A program made the translations under genes and the position numbers. Source: Planctomycetota bacterium (GTDB lineage Bacteria > Planctomycetota > B15-G4 > SIAN01). From it: DNA of 60,081 nt. The stretch's first letter is position 1. Each line of letters opens with the position of its first letter. The stretch lies in assembly GCA_036732755.1 (NCBI GenBank), contig DAINBU010000006.1:26688-86768 (forward strand), written 5' to 3'. Positions 24,426 to 32,989 of this stretch are shown here, one piece after another. Below the pieces are notes generated by a model. It ran no database searches. It was not told the origin of the DNA and saw nothing but the letters and a program-made list of their open reading frames with translations.

Positions 24426-27314
24426 TCAGCGCGCCTTGTGCATCACCTCGACCGCCTCCGGCCTTCCGTCGCCGTGGCAGATCTCGCACGACTCGAAGCC
24501 GTTCGGGCTCGTGTTGACGTCGATGTGGGCCTGCGCGGCGTTCGAGTCGTGGCACGCGCCGCACGCGGCCCGCCACGCGCGCGTCGGCGGCGTCTGGCCG
24601 GCGGGGTGGTTGCGTTCGGCGATCTCGAAGAAGGCGGTGTTGTCGGCGCCGTGGCAGGCGACGCAGGTCGCCGCCCCTGCTGGGAGCGCGGGAAAGTCGA
24701 CTTCGGAGTAGCTCGAAGTCCCGAAGTTGTCGGGCCACGCGGTCGAGCCGAAGCCGACGACCTCGTAGGTGTCGGCGTTGGCGAGGCTCGCCCCCATGTG
24801 GATCTTGTGCAGCAGCGTCCGGAAGTCGACGGTCAGCCCGGTCGTGGGCGGCGCGTTGGCGGCCACGTAGGGCGGGCGGTCCTCGGATCCCGCGGTGCCG
24901 TGGCAGAGGAGGCACGTCTCGTAGCCGCGCCGGCCGCCGCCGTGGAAGTAGACGTCGTCGTGGCAGGCGTAGCAGGTCGCCGCGCCCGCGGTCTTGTCGT
25001 AGGGCGCGATCGTCGTGGCCGACCCGGCCAGGAAGGCGGCGGTGGCCGGCGGCGACGTGCCGTTGTAGGTCTGCGTCTCGCCCTCCCGGTTGACGACGAG
25101 CGGCGGCGCGCCCCACAGGCCGACCGTGTAGGTGCCGTCGGGCAGCGCGAGCCCGGTCCACTTGCCCCAGCTCGCGTCGAGGTCGGGCGAGCCGTTGATC
25201 GCGGCCGGGAAGGTCGACGGCATCACGAAGAAGGAGGTGTAGGTGCAGACGATCGCGTCGCCCGACTGGAAGCTGGCGGGCGCGACCTCGGTGATCGTGC
25301 CGTTCGCGAGGTCGAGGACGTAGTCGGTGTTGAGCGTCTTGGTGGTGAGCGTGACCTCCTTGACCGACACTCCGGCCGGGTGGGAGAGGCGCGGGCCGAC
25401 CGCGTAGCTGGTGCTCGCCGTCGAGCCGAACCACAGGCGGTTCCCGTCGACCTGCTGGACGCGCAGGTACTCCTCCGCGCCGAGGACGCCGTCGTCGACC
25501 ACGACGTAGTCGTTGTGCGCGAAGCCGGTGGCGTCGACGACCTCGATGAAGTTCTGCGGCGGGCCGACGGGCGCGGAGAGCGTCGAGTTCCCGCCCGAGG
25601 TCGCGGTGCGCTCGAACACGGTCGTGGTCGAGCCGGTGTAGATCGGGTGGCGCGACGTCGCGAAGGCCTCGATCCCGCCGTTGTCGGCAGCCTTCCTTAC
25701 GAACTCGAGCGGCAGCATTTCGCTCAGGTCGACCGTGAAGGGCGGCGCGCCGGTCAGCATCGCCGTCGGGATCGACGTGTTGAGGAGCATGTTGGGGTTG
25801 GTGGTCGGGCCGGAGAGGGCGGCGTTCAGAGAGGTCACGGTCGAGGGCGGGACGTCGGCGCCGCTGTCGTCGGTGAGCGAGAAGGTGAGCGCGATCTGCT
25901 CGCCGGGGTCGATCGTCCCGTCGGCATTGTTCGTGCCCGACTCGGCGATGGCGAGCCCGGTGACGTGGAAGCCGGGGTTGACCGCCGGGTCCACCAGAGG
26001 ATGGAGGTGCCCGCTGCGGACCGCGAGCGACCCGCCCGAAGCGGGGTGGCAGAAGATGCAGCTCGAGTCGGACAGCTGCGCCCCCATCGTCTGGTTGTTC
26101 TTCTTGTAGCTCTGCGTCCAGATGACGTCGTCGTGGCACGAGCCGCAGGCGCGTCGCGACGGCTGCGCGTAGGCGAGGTCGCCGTTCGCCGGCGGCGGCA
26201 GCGGGCCGGCTCCGTCGGGATCGCCGTGGCACTTGTCGCACGACACGACGCCCTCGCGCACGATTTCGTCGCGTCCCTGCTCCTCCGGAGTGAGCAGCGT
26301 GTAGCCCGTGTTCCTCGGCATCGGGATGTTGAGGCTCGGCCAGACCGGGAAGTGGATCGTCGAGAAGTCGGAGAGGTTGCCGTTGCCCGCGAGCTCGTAG
26401 GACACCGGCGGCACCGAGTAGTCGCGCGTGCCGTCGCCAAGGACTCCGATGCCGTTCACGGAGGGCAGGTGCGCGGCGTTGTGGATCTTGTGGATCATCA
26501 CCTTGAATTCGATGGTCGCGCCCGGCGTGCCGCCCCCCACTCCCGAGTCGTTCTCGTCCTCCGCGCCGGCCGTGTGGCAGAGGATGCAGAGTTTCACGTC
26601 CTTGCGCAGCCCGCCGTGGAATTCCAGGTCGGAGTGGCAGCTGGCGCAGTTCGCCTGCGTGACGATTTCGCGCGGCTCGATCGTCGTCGCGTTGTTCACG
26701 AGGACGTCGAACTCGGCGTTGCCGGCGCTGTTGAAGCCCTCCCCCTCGACCGTGTAGTCCCAGCGCGCGGAGATCCCGATCGTGTAGGTCCCGGCGAGCA
26801 GCGTCTGTCCCTGCAGCTCGCCGTCGTCGGAGCCGAACGAGGTCGTGTCGTTGATCGGCGGCGGATAGGTCGCCGGGAGCCCGGTCGCGAAGGTGTAGCT
26901 GAAGGAGCCGTCGGCGTTGGCGACCGCGCGCGTCGGCACGTCGGTCACCTCGGGGATCACCTGCTGATAGTTGAAGGTCGGCCCCGAGAGCATGATCCGG
27001 CCGCGCGACATCTCGGCGAGCGTCCAGCTCGAGCCGTCGTCCTTGGTGAGCGTGAACTTCACCGTCGGCGTGTCGCCCGCCGCGAACGAGCCGTCGGAGT
27101 TGCCCGCGCCGGTCACCGCGAGGATGGTGACGTTCACGCCGGGCGAGTCCTCGGTCCGCAGGAGATCGGTCGGCGTCGTCGCGTCGCCGGGCGAGCCGGG
27201 CGGACCGGGCGGTCCCGGGTCGCCGTCGTCGCCCGTGCAGGCGGCGACGAGGGAGGCGGCGACGAGCGCGGCGGCGAAGCGCGACGCCGCGCGAACGACT
27301 GCGTGGAAGCTCAT
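24426..27314 (-). CDS. Decaheme c-type cytochrome lipoprotein (OmcA/MtrC-like outer-surface multihaem)
   Basis: The start MSFHAVVRAASRFAAALVAASLVAAC carries a lipobox and is preceded by a GGAGG RBS. It has ten CxxCH motifs (CASCH, CILCH, CDKCH, CGSCH, CIFCH, CYACH, CLLCH, CVACH, CGACH, CEICH) in a 962-aa Thr/Gly-rich protein. Confidence 0.8.
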   Translation of the reverse strand: MSFHAVVRAASRFAAALVAASLVAACTGDDGDPGPPGPPGSPGDATTPTDLLRTEDSPGVNVTILAVTGAGNSDGSFAAGDTPTVKFTLTKDDGSSWTLAEMSRGRIMLSGPTFNYQQVIPEVTDVPTRAVANADGSFSYTFATGLPATYPPPINDTTSFGSDDGELQGQTLLAGTYTIGISARWDYTVEGEGFNSAGNAEFDVLVNNATTIEPREIVTQANCASCHSDLEFHGGLRKDVKLCILCHTAGAEDENDSGVGGGTPGATIEFKVMIHKIHNAAHLPSVNGIGVLGDGTRDYSVPPVSYELAGNGNLSDFSTIHFPVWPSLNIPMPRNTGYTLLTPEEQGRDEIVREGVVSCDKCHGDPDGAGPLPPPANGDLAYAQPSRRACGSCHDDVIWTQSYKKNNQTMGAQLSDSSCIFCHPASGGSLAVRSGHLHPLVDPAVNPGFHVTGLAIAESGTNNADGTIDPGEQIALTFSLTDDSGADVPPSTVTSLNAALSGPTTNPNMLLNTSIPTAMLTGAPPFTVDLSEMLPLEFVRKAADNGGIEAFATSRHPIYTGSTTTVFERTATSGGNSTLSAPVGPPQNFIEVVDATGFAHNDYVVVDDGVLGAEEYLRVQQVDGNRLWFGSTASTSYAVGPRLSHPAGVSVKEVTLTTKTLNTDYVLDLANGTITEVAPASFQSGDAIVCTYTSFFVMPSTFPAAINGSPDLDASWGKWTGLALPDGTYTVGLWGAPPLVVNREGETQTYNGTSPPATAAFLAGSATTIAPYDKTAGAATCYACHDDVYFHGGGRRGYETCLLCHGTAGSEDRPPYVAANAPPTTGLTVDFRTLLHKIHMGASLANADTYEVVGFGSTAWPDNFGTSSYSEVDFPALPAGAATCVACHGADNTAFFEIAERNHPAGQTPPTRAWRAACGACHDSNAAQAHIDVNTSPNGFESCEICHGDGRPEAVEVMHKAR

Positions 27315-27364
27315 CACGACCCTCCTCCTTCGTTGCGCACGACGGTCACCTCCTCGGTCACGGA

Positions 27365-28396
27365 TCACTTATGGCATGCGGTGCACTGATCACCTTTGTC
27401 GGGATGGGGCAACGGCGCACCCTGTCCGTGGCACTGGCGGCAGTTCATCGCCGGCGAATGTCCCGGCGGCATCGGTGCCGCGAGCGCGTGGCTCGGCGCG
27501 CCGCGGTGGCAGACGATGCAGCCCGTCCCTCCGCCGAGCGGGAAGTGGCACGTGATGCAGTGGCGGTCCGACGGCGACCCCCAGCCCGCGCTGTGGCTGA
27601 GCGGCGCAGTCTGCGAGTGGCAGCGCTCGCACGCGTCGGCCTGGTGGCAGGTGGAGCAGCGGTCGCGGTTGACCGCGACCGCGACGCCGTGGCCGCGCCG
27701 CCGCCAGTAGTTCGTGTGGTCGTCGGGCAGCTCGGTCTGGTGGCACGTGGTGCAGGCGCTCCGCGCATGGCACATCGTGCAGCTCGCCGCCTCGGGGCTG
27801 CCGGCGCGCTGGACGGTGCGGCCGTGCTCGCGCTTCCAGTCGGTGGCGTGGCTCGGCGGCGCGCGGTCGGCGCGGATCTCCTTGTGACACACCGCGCAGT
27901 CGTTGCCCCACGCCGCTCCCCGCTCCGCGTTGCGCGCGTGGCAGGCGGTGCACTTCGCCATGGTCACGTGCACGTCGGCTGTGACCGCGTCGCTGCTCGC
28001 CACGCTGCCGTGGCACTCGGAGCACTCGATGTGCTCGGTGCTCGCGTGGAGGAGGTGCGAGAAGACGATCTCCGACGAGAGCTTCGTCAGGCTCGGCGCC
28101 TTGAGGACGTCGTTCTCGAAGAAGGCGGCCGCCTGCTTCTCCGGCGGCTTGTCGCGGTCGATCTCCTTGTGGCAGAGGCGGCACTGCTGGATCGAGGGCA
28201 TGCCGGGCGCGTCGGCGGTGAGCGCGTCGCGGTGGCAGCTCGCGCACTCGAGGCCGTCGTCCTCGCCGTGCCGCGCGTGGGGGAACGCGAGCCGCTCCGG
28301 CTCGCCCGACGAGCCGCCCATCCAGAGGCAGCCGCCGACGAGCGGCACCGCCACGAAGAGCGCGGCGCGGACGAGCCGTCGTCTCAGAAGGTCCAT
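27365..28396 (-). CDS. Periplasmic multiheme c-type cytochrome (about 13 CxxCH in 343 aa)
   Basis: The start MDLLRRRLVRAALFVAVPLVGGC lies at 28396; the 1108-aa ORF upstream of it is shadow. The haem density is very high: CASCH, CRLCH, CSECH, CTACH, CAVCH, CTMCH, CTTCH, CSTCH, CERCH, CITCH, CIVCH, CRQCH, CTACH. Confidence 0.75.
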   Translation of the reverse strand: MDLLRRRLVRAALFVAVPLVGGCLWMGGSSGEPERLAFPHARHGEDDGLECASCHRDALTADAPGMPSIQQCRLCHKEIDRDKPPEKQAAAFFENDVLKAPSLTKLSSEIVFSHLLHASTEHIECSECHGSVASSDAVTADVHVTMAKCTACHARNAERGAAWGNDCAVCHKEIRADRAPPSHATDWKREHGRTVQRAGSPEAASCTMCHARSACTTCHQTELPDDHTNYWRRRGHGVAVAVNRDRCSTCHQADACERCHSQTAPLSHSAGWGSPSDRHCITCHFPLGGGTGCIVCHRGAPSHALAAPMPPGHSPAMNCRQCHGQGAPLPHPDKGDQCTACHK

Positions 28397-29823
28397 GTCG
28401 CGCGCATCCTGACCGTCTGGTAGCGGTCGAAGGGGTCCTGCTCGTAGGTGTAGTCGATCCGCAGCCGCAGCTTCTTCGACGCCTTCCAGTCGAGTCCGGC
28501 GTAGTAGGTGCGCACGCGGTCGAGCTCCTTGGCCTGGAAGATGTCGTACTTGTAGAGCGAGTAGTTGGTCCCGACGTTCGCGTGCACCTCCTTCGAGAGG
28601 GCGTGGTCGAGCTCGCCGCCGACGCTGGTGATCCGCTCCGGCGTCGCGACCCACAGCTCGCCGGTGAGCGAGATCGTCGTGTCCTCGTCCGGCAAGCCGA
28701 GGAACATCGGAACGACGTAGAAGCGCTCGAAGTCGTGGTTGAAGGCGCCCTCGTCGCCGTCGTTCGTCACGCGCCTGAAGTCGACGCCGCCCGACAGGTC
28801 GAAGTGGTCGCCGAAGGCGTGGCCGGCGCTCGCCGCGATCTCGCGGTAGGGCCGGTACTCGAACGCCGACTGGAAGTAGGGGTCGAACTCGTAGGAGAGG
28901 CTCTCCTGCGTGTGCAGCAGCTGGTAGTAGGAGAGCTGCGCGCGCAGCTGCGCCTCGGGGTCGTTCCAGTTGCCGCGCACCTCGAAGTCGCGGCTCTCCG
29001 AAGAGAGCCAGGTGACGCGGCCGAACAGGTCGACGTGCTCGCCGACCTGCTGCCACTGCGAGAGCGCGAAGAGGTCGTCGTGGTGGTCGAGCAGGAGCGT
29101 CTGGTCGTCGACGTGCATGTAGTCGAAGCGCGTGCGGCCGCCGGTCCAGGCCCGCGCCTCGAGGAAGACGCCGAGGATCAGGTCGCCGGAGGGCGACGAT
29201 TCGTAGAGGTGCGAGGGGAGGCCGGCGTAGCCGCCGAGCCGGATCTTCGCCGCGGTCACCTCCTGCGTCTCGATGCGCGCGCCGTCGACGTAGGTCTGCA
29301 CCGGCGTGTCGTCGAGGAACCAGCGGCCGAGCTTCCACGACGCGACCGGCCCCGAGAGCGCCCCGCCCACCCACAGCTCGTAGAGCTGCGCCGTCAACTG
29401 GCTCTGGTAAGTGTCCTGGAGGCTGTCGAACGCGTAGTCGCCGGTGTGGTCGACGCCGTCGTCGAGGTCGAAGGCGCTGCGCGCGACGAGGTGCGCGGTG
29501 ACCGGCTGCGTCGCGGCGTCGCCGTAGTCGGCCGCGAGGAGGCCGTAGAGGTCCTGGTCGGTCGCCTCGGAGGTGTGGCGGAGGCGGTACTCGAGCGAGA
29601 AGCTGCCGGAGACGGCGAGCTCGTTGGTCCAGCGGCTCCAGGACGAGGGCGCGGGCGGCGGTCCGTAGGTCTCGGGGAGCTCGCTCTCCTGCGCGATTGC
29701 GCGTCCCGCGCCGAGCGCCGCGATGATCAGCACGAGCGCTGCGACGGGCAGCGCGCGCCCGGCGGCTACCCGGCGCGCGCGCCGCGAATGCACGGGCGAA
29801 TCGGGTCGTCCGCGCCCCTTCAT
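28384..29823 (-). CDS. Outer-membrane beta-barrel porin of a porin-cytochrome complex (MtrB/OmbB-like)
   Basis: The internal start MKGRGRPDSPVHSRRARRVAAGRALPVAALVLIIAALGAGRAIAQE provides the signal peptide. The body has alternating aromatic and hydrophilic beta-strands and a C-terminal RATWTF (terminal Phe). The stop overlaps the start of the periplasmic cytochrome by 13 nt. Confidence 0.6.
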   Translation of the reverse strand: MKGRGRPDSPVHSRRARRVAAGRALPVAALVLIIAALGAGRAIAQESELPETYGPPPAPSSWSRWTNELAVSGSFSLEYRLRHTSEATDQDLYGLLAADYGDAATQPVTAHLVARSAFDLDDGVDHTGDYAFDSLQDTYQSQLTAQLYELWVGGALSGPVASWKLGRWFLDDTPVQTYVDGARIETQEVTAAKIRLGGYAGLPSHLYESSPSGDLILGVFLEARAWTGGRTRFDYMHVDDQTLLLDHHDDLFALSQWQQVGEHVDLFGRVTWLSSESRDFEVRGNWNDPEAQLRAQLSYYQLLHTQESLSYEFDPYFQSAFEYRPYREIAASAGHAFGDHFDLSGGVDFRRVTNDGDEGAFNHDFERFYVVPMFLGLPDEDTTISLTGELWVATPERITSVGGELDHALSKEVHANVGTNYSLYKYDIFQAKELDRVRTYYAGLDWKASKKLRLRIDYTYEQDPFDRYQTVRMRATWTF

Positions 29824-29993
29824 CTCGGCCCCTTCTCCTCGGCGAAGGAGCGCAGCGTAGCACACCCCTGGCCTGCGTCGATCTCGTGGAGCGAAGCCGC
29901 CTCGCGCTCGAGCCCGCGGTCGTGCGCGACGCGGCGCCGCGCGCCGGAAGTCGCCGCCGGATCGCCCGCGAATCCACGACGGGACGCGCGCGT

Positions 29994-31469
29994 ATGCTGC
30001 GCCACATGACCGACCACGAACCGGACGCGGCCGCGGACCCGGCGCGCGCCGCTCGATTTCCCGTCATCACCGTCTTCACGAGCCATTGGCTCGCGATGAC
30101 CGGGCTCGGCCTGCTGGTCACGTCGATCATCGTCTGGGCCTGCCTCGTCACGGCGCGCCTGCGCCGCGGGCAGGAGAACCCGTACATCGGCGTCGCGACG
30201 ATCGCCGCGGCGGGCCTCTTCGTGCTCGGCCTGCTGATGACGCCGCTCGGACTGCACCTCGGGCGGCGGCGCCTCCGCAAGCGGCTGTCGGGCGTGCTCG
30301 CCGCCAGCTCGAACGCCTGGATGAAGCTCGGCGCATTCGTGGTCGCCGTCTCGCTCTTCAACCTCCTGATCGCGTCGCAGCTCACGCTGAGCGCCGTGCA
30401 CGCGATGGAGTCGCGGCAGTTCTGCGGCTCCTGCCACGTGATGACGCCGGAGCAGCGCGCCTTCGACCAGGGTCCGCACGCCGGCATCCTCTGCGTCGAC
30501 TGCCACGTCGGCAGCGGCGCCAAGGGCCTCATCGCCAGCAAGATCCAGGGCACCAAGCAGCTGATCGCGGTCCTCACCGACAAGGTCCCCAAGCCGATCG
30601 TCGGGGCGATCGAGACGGGGCACATCATCCCGAGCAACGAGACGTGCGAGCAGTGCCACTGGAAGCAGATGCCGGCCAATGCGTCGCTCAAGTTCTTCGT
30701 GCGCTACGGCGACGACGAGGCCAACACGCCCGAGATGACGCTCCTCACCATGAACGTCGGCGGCGAGCTGATGGGCGGCGTCCACGGCTCCCACCACGGC
30801 AGGGGCATCTCGGTCCGCTTCGTCGCCTCCGACAGGAAGCGCATGGAGATCCCGCTCGTCGAGCACGAGAACCAGGCGACCGGGAAGACGAAGACCTTCG
30901 TGAAGACGGGGCGGAACGCGGCCGAGTTCGCCGGACAGCCGCGCATCACCATGCAGTGCTTCGACTGCCACAGCCGCCCCGCGCACTCCTTCGTTCAGGC
31001 CGACGAGGCGGTCGACCGCGCGATCATGCTCGGCCGCATGTCCTCGACGCTGCCCTTCGTGAAGAAGACGGCGGTCGAGATCCTGAAGGCGGGCTACGCG
31101 GACAGCGCGGCGGCGGCGGCGGCGATCCCCGCGGCCGTCGCGGCGTACTACAAGGAGAACCATGCGGAGCTCGCGACCAAGCGCGCGGCCGACGTCGAGG
31201 AGGCGGGACGGGTCGTCGCCGAGCTCTACTCGCGCAACGTCTTCCCCGAGTACGGCGTCGACTGGGGCACCTATCCCAACCAGCTCGGCCACACGAACAC
31301 GCCCGGCTGCTTCCGCTGCCACGACGGAGAGCACGCGACCGCCGACGGCGAGAAGATCACCAACGACTGCTTCAAGTGCCACTTCCCGTCGGCGGTCGAC
31401 GAGCAGAAGCCGGAGGTGCTGAAGCTCCTCGGCCTCGACTCGATGCTGAACAAGCTCCGCAAGAAGTGA
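29994..31469 (+). CDS. Membrane-anchored multiheme c-type cytochrome (6 CxxCH; candidate inner-membrane quinol:cytochrome oxidoreductase)
   Basis: Two N-terminal TM helices (FPVITVFTSHWLAMTGLGLLVTSIIVWACLV and IGVATIAAAGLFVLGLLMTPLGL) are followed by CGSCH, CVDCH, CEQCH, CFDCH, CFRCH, CFKCH. It is divergent from the porin-cytochrome operon. Confidence 0.65.
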   Translation: MLRHMTDHEPDAAADPARAARFPVITVFTSHWLAMTGLGLLVTSIIVWACLVTARLRRGQENPYIGVATIAAAGLFVLGLLMTPLGLHLGRRRLRKRLSGVLAASSNAWMKLGAFVVAVSLFNLLIASQLTLSAVHAMESRQFCGSCHVMTPEQRAFDQGPHAGILCVDCHVGSGAKGLIASKIQGTKQLIAVLTDKVPKPIVGAIETGHIIPSNETCEQCHWKQMPANASLKFFVRYGDDEANTPEMTLLTMNVGGELMGGVHGSHHGRGISVRFVASDRKRMEIPLVEHENQATGKTKTFVKTGRNAAEFAGQPRITMQCFDCHSRPAHSFVQADEAVDRAIMLGRMSSTLPFVKKTAVEILKAGYADSAAAAAAIPAAVAAYYKENHAELATKRAADVEEAGRVVAELYSRNVFPEYGVDWGTYPNQLGHTNTPGCFRCHDGEHATADGEKITNDCFKCHFPSAVDEQKPEVLKLLGLDSMLNKLRKK

Positions 31470-31476
31470 ACGCCCC

Positions 31477-31553
31477 GGCGGCGCGCCGACGGGCGCGCCG
31501 CCATCACTACTCTGCGCGCGCCGACGGGCGCGCCGCCATCACTACTCTGCGCG
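31477..31553. terminator. GC-rich hairpin plus tandem 35-bp direct repeat between convergent genes (candidate bidirectional terminator)
   Basis: There is a perfect 11-bp inverted repeat, GGCGGCGCGCC-GACG-GGCGCGCCGCC, at 31477-31502. The unit CGCCGACGGGCGCGCCGCCATCACTACTCTGCGCG is repeated exactly twice at 31484-31518 and 31519-31553. It sits between the cytochrome stop at 31469 and the lipoprotein stop at 31560. Confidence 0.45.
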
Positions 31554-31559
31554 CCGCCT

Positions 31560-32387
31560 CTACTTCTTCTTCTCCGTGCACGGGAACGGGGAGTCGATGC
31601 CGAGGCAGGTCGGCAGCTGCGGCGCCGCGCGCTCGATCTCGTCGCGCAGGTTCTCCGGCAGGGGCGCGCCCGTCGTCCCGAGCACCGTCGCCAGCGCGCC
31701 GAGCTTCTCGCGCAGCCGCCGCTCCCACATCCAGGAGAAGCGGTACCACTCCGGACCGTAGTAGAAGCCCTCGATGTGGAAGTCGGCGTCGTAGAGCGTG
31801 CACTCCCAGACGACGCGGCCGTCGCGACGGTCGATGAGCTCGAGCTCGACGCAGAAGCCGTTGCGCGACGTGCCCATCGGGAGGCCGAGGCACCAGAGGA
31901 TCTCCGCGTAGATCGAGATCCCGTAGGTCCAGCGCGTCTCGTGGACGTAGTAGGTCTTGAGCTTCCCGCGCAGGACGTGGGTCGCGGCCGCGTCGACGTG
32001 GCCGTCGCCGCTGTACTCGGCCCCGTCGACCATCCGCTGGCGCTCGAGCTCGGCGACGATCGAGCGCGCGAGGTCCTCGCACGGCGAGGCGCGGTACTCC
32101 GTCGTGTCGGCGCCGGGGACGGTCGCCTCGGGGCGGTCGAAGTGGGTCCAGCCGCCGGGCGCGAGCGGCGCGTACGCCCACGGCATGTACGAGCGATTGG
32201 TCTCGGCGCGCCGGTCGGAGAGGCGCTCGACCGCGACGACGACGGCCGCCGGGTGATCGCACTGGGTCGTGGCGTAGCGCCCCGACGGGTAGGTCCAGGC
32301 GCCGACCGACGTGAGGCAGCCAGCGAGCGGCGCGAGGAGCGCGATCGCGGCCACCGCGCGACCCCACCCGCCGGTCGAGCGACTCAT
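31560..32387 (-). CDS. Hypothetical lipoprotein
   Basis: The internal start MSRSTGGWGRAVAAIALLAPLAGC at 32387 carries a lipobox (LAGC). The mature protein is W/Y-rich. I recognise no family. Confidence 0.5.
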   Translation of the reverse strand: MSRSTGGWGRAVAAIALLAPLAGCLTSVGAWTYPSGRYATTQCDHPAAVVVAVERLSDRRAETNRSYMPWAYAPLAPGGWTHFDRPEATVPGADTTEYRASPCEDLARSIVAELERQRMVDGAEYSGDGHVDAAATHVLRGKLKTYYVHETRWTYGISIYAEILWCLGLPMGTSRNGFCVELELIDRRDGRVVWECTLYDADFHIEGFYYGPEWYRFSWMWERRLREKLGALATVLGTTGAPLPENLRDEIERAAPQLPTCLGIDSPFPCTEKKK

Positions 32388-32505
32388 GCGATGGCGTCTC
32401 CGATGCGGACTCGGCGGACTCGGCGCATCTTGCGCGCCTCCGATCGGCGTCGATGATGGCGGCCCGCCCCCTCGTGCGTTCCGCTCATCGTGAAGGAGCG
32501 ACCCC

Positions 32506-32964
32506 ATGCCCGTGAAGCCCATCCCCGACGGATACCACACCGTCACGCCGTACCTGTACGTCATCGACTTCTACAAGAAGGCGTTCGGCGCCGAGGAGCT
32601 CATGCGCTTCCCCGGGCCCGACGGCCGCATCGGCCACGCGGAGATCCGCATCGGCGACTCGCCGATCATGCTCGCCGACGAGCACCCCGAGATGAACGCG
32701 ATCGGCCCGCAGACGCGCGGCGGCACCACGGTCGGCTTCGCGATCTACGTCCCCGACGTCGACCAGCGCGTCGCCAAGGCGGTGGCCGCGGGCGCGAAGA
32801 TCGTGCGTCCCGTGCAGAACCAGTTCTACGGCGACCGCAGCGGCACGCTCACCGACCCCTTCGGCCACACCTGGACGATCGCGACCCACGTCGAGGACGT
32901 CCCCCCCGCCGAGATGGAGCGGCGCGCGAAGGCCGCGAAGTCGGAAGGCGGCGCCTGCGCCTGA
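32506..32964 (+). CDS. VOC-family (glyoxalase/bleomycin-resistance/PhnB-like) protein
   Basis: A 152-aa protein. MPVKPIPDGYHTVTPYLYVID..HAEIRIGDSPIMLADEH...FYGDRSGTLTDPFGHTWTIATH is the characteristic VOC/PhnB pattern. Confidence 0.75.
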   Translation: MPVKPIPDGYHTVTPYLYVIDFYKKAFGAEELMRFPGPDGRIGHAEIRIGDSPIMLADEHPEMNAIGPQTRGGTTVGFAIYVPDVDQRVAKAVAAGAKIVRPVQNQFYGDRSGTLTDPFGHTWTIATHVEDVPPAEMERRAKAAKSEGGACA

Positions 32965-32989
32965 GCAGAGCGGGCGCCTCGCCTCCACG

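Noticed and set aside
21902-24517. 871-aa plus-strand ORF
   Set aside because: An Arg/Ala/Gly-biased alternative frame of the M50-HlyD gene. Its composition is typical of high-GC frame shadows and it has no motifs.
27390-28247. 285-aa minus ORF and neighbouring plus ORFs
   Set aside because: They are alternative frames of the periplasmic multihaem cytochrome gene. The CxxCH-rich frame is the real one.
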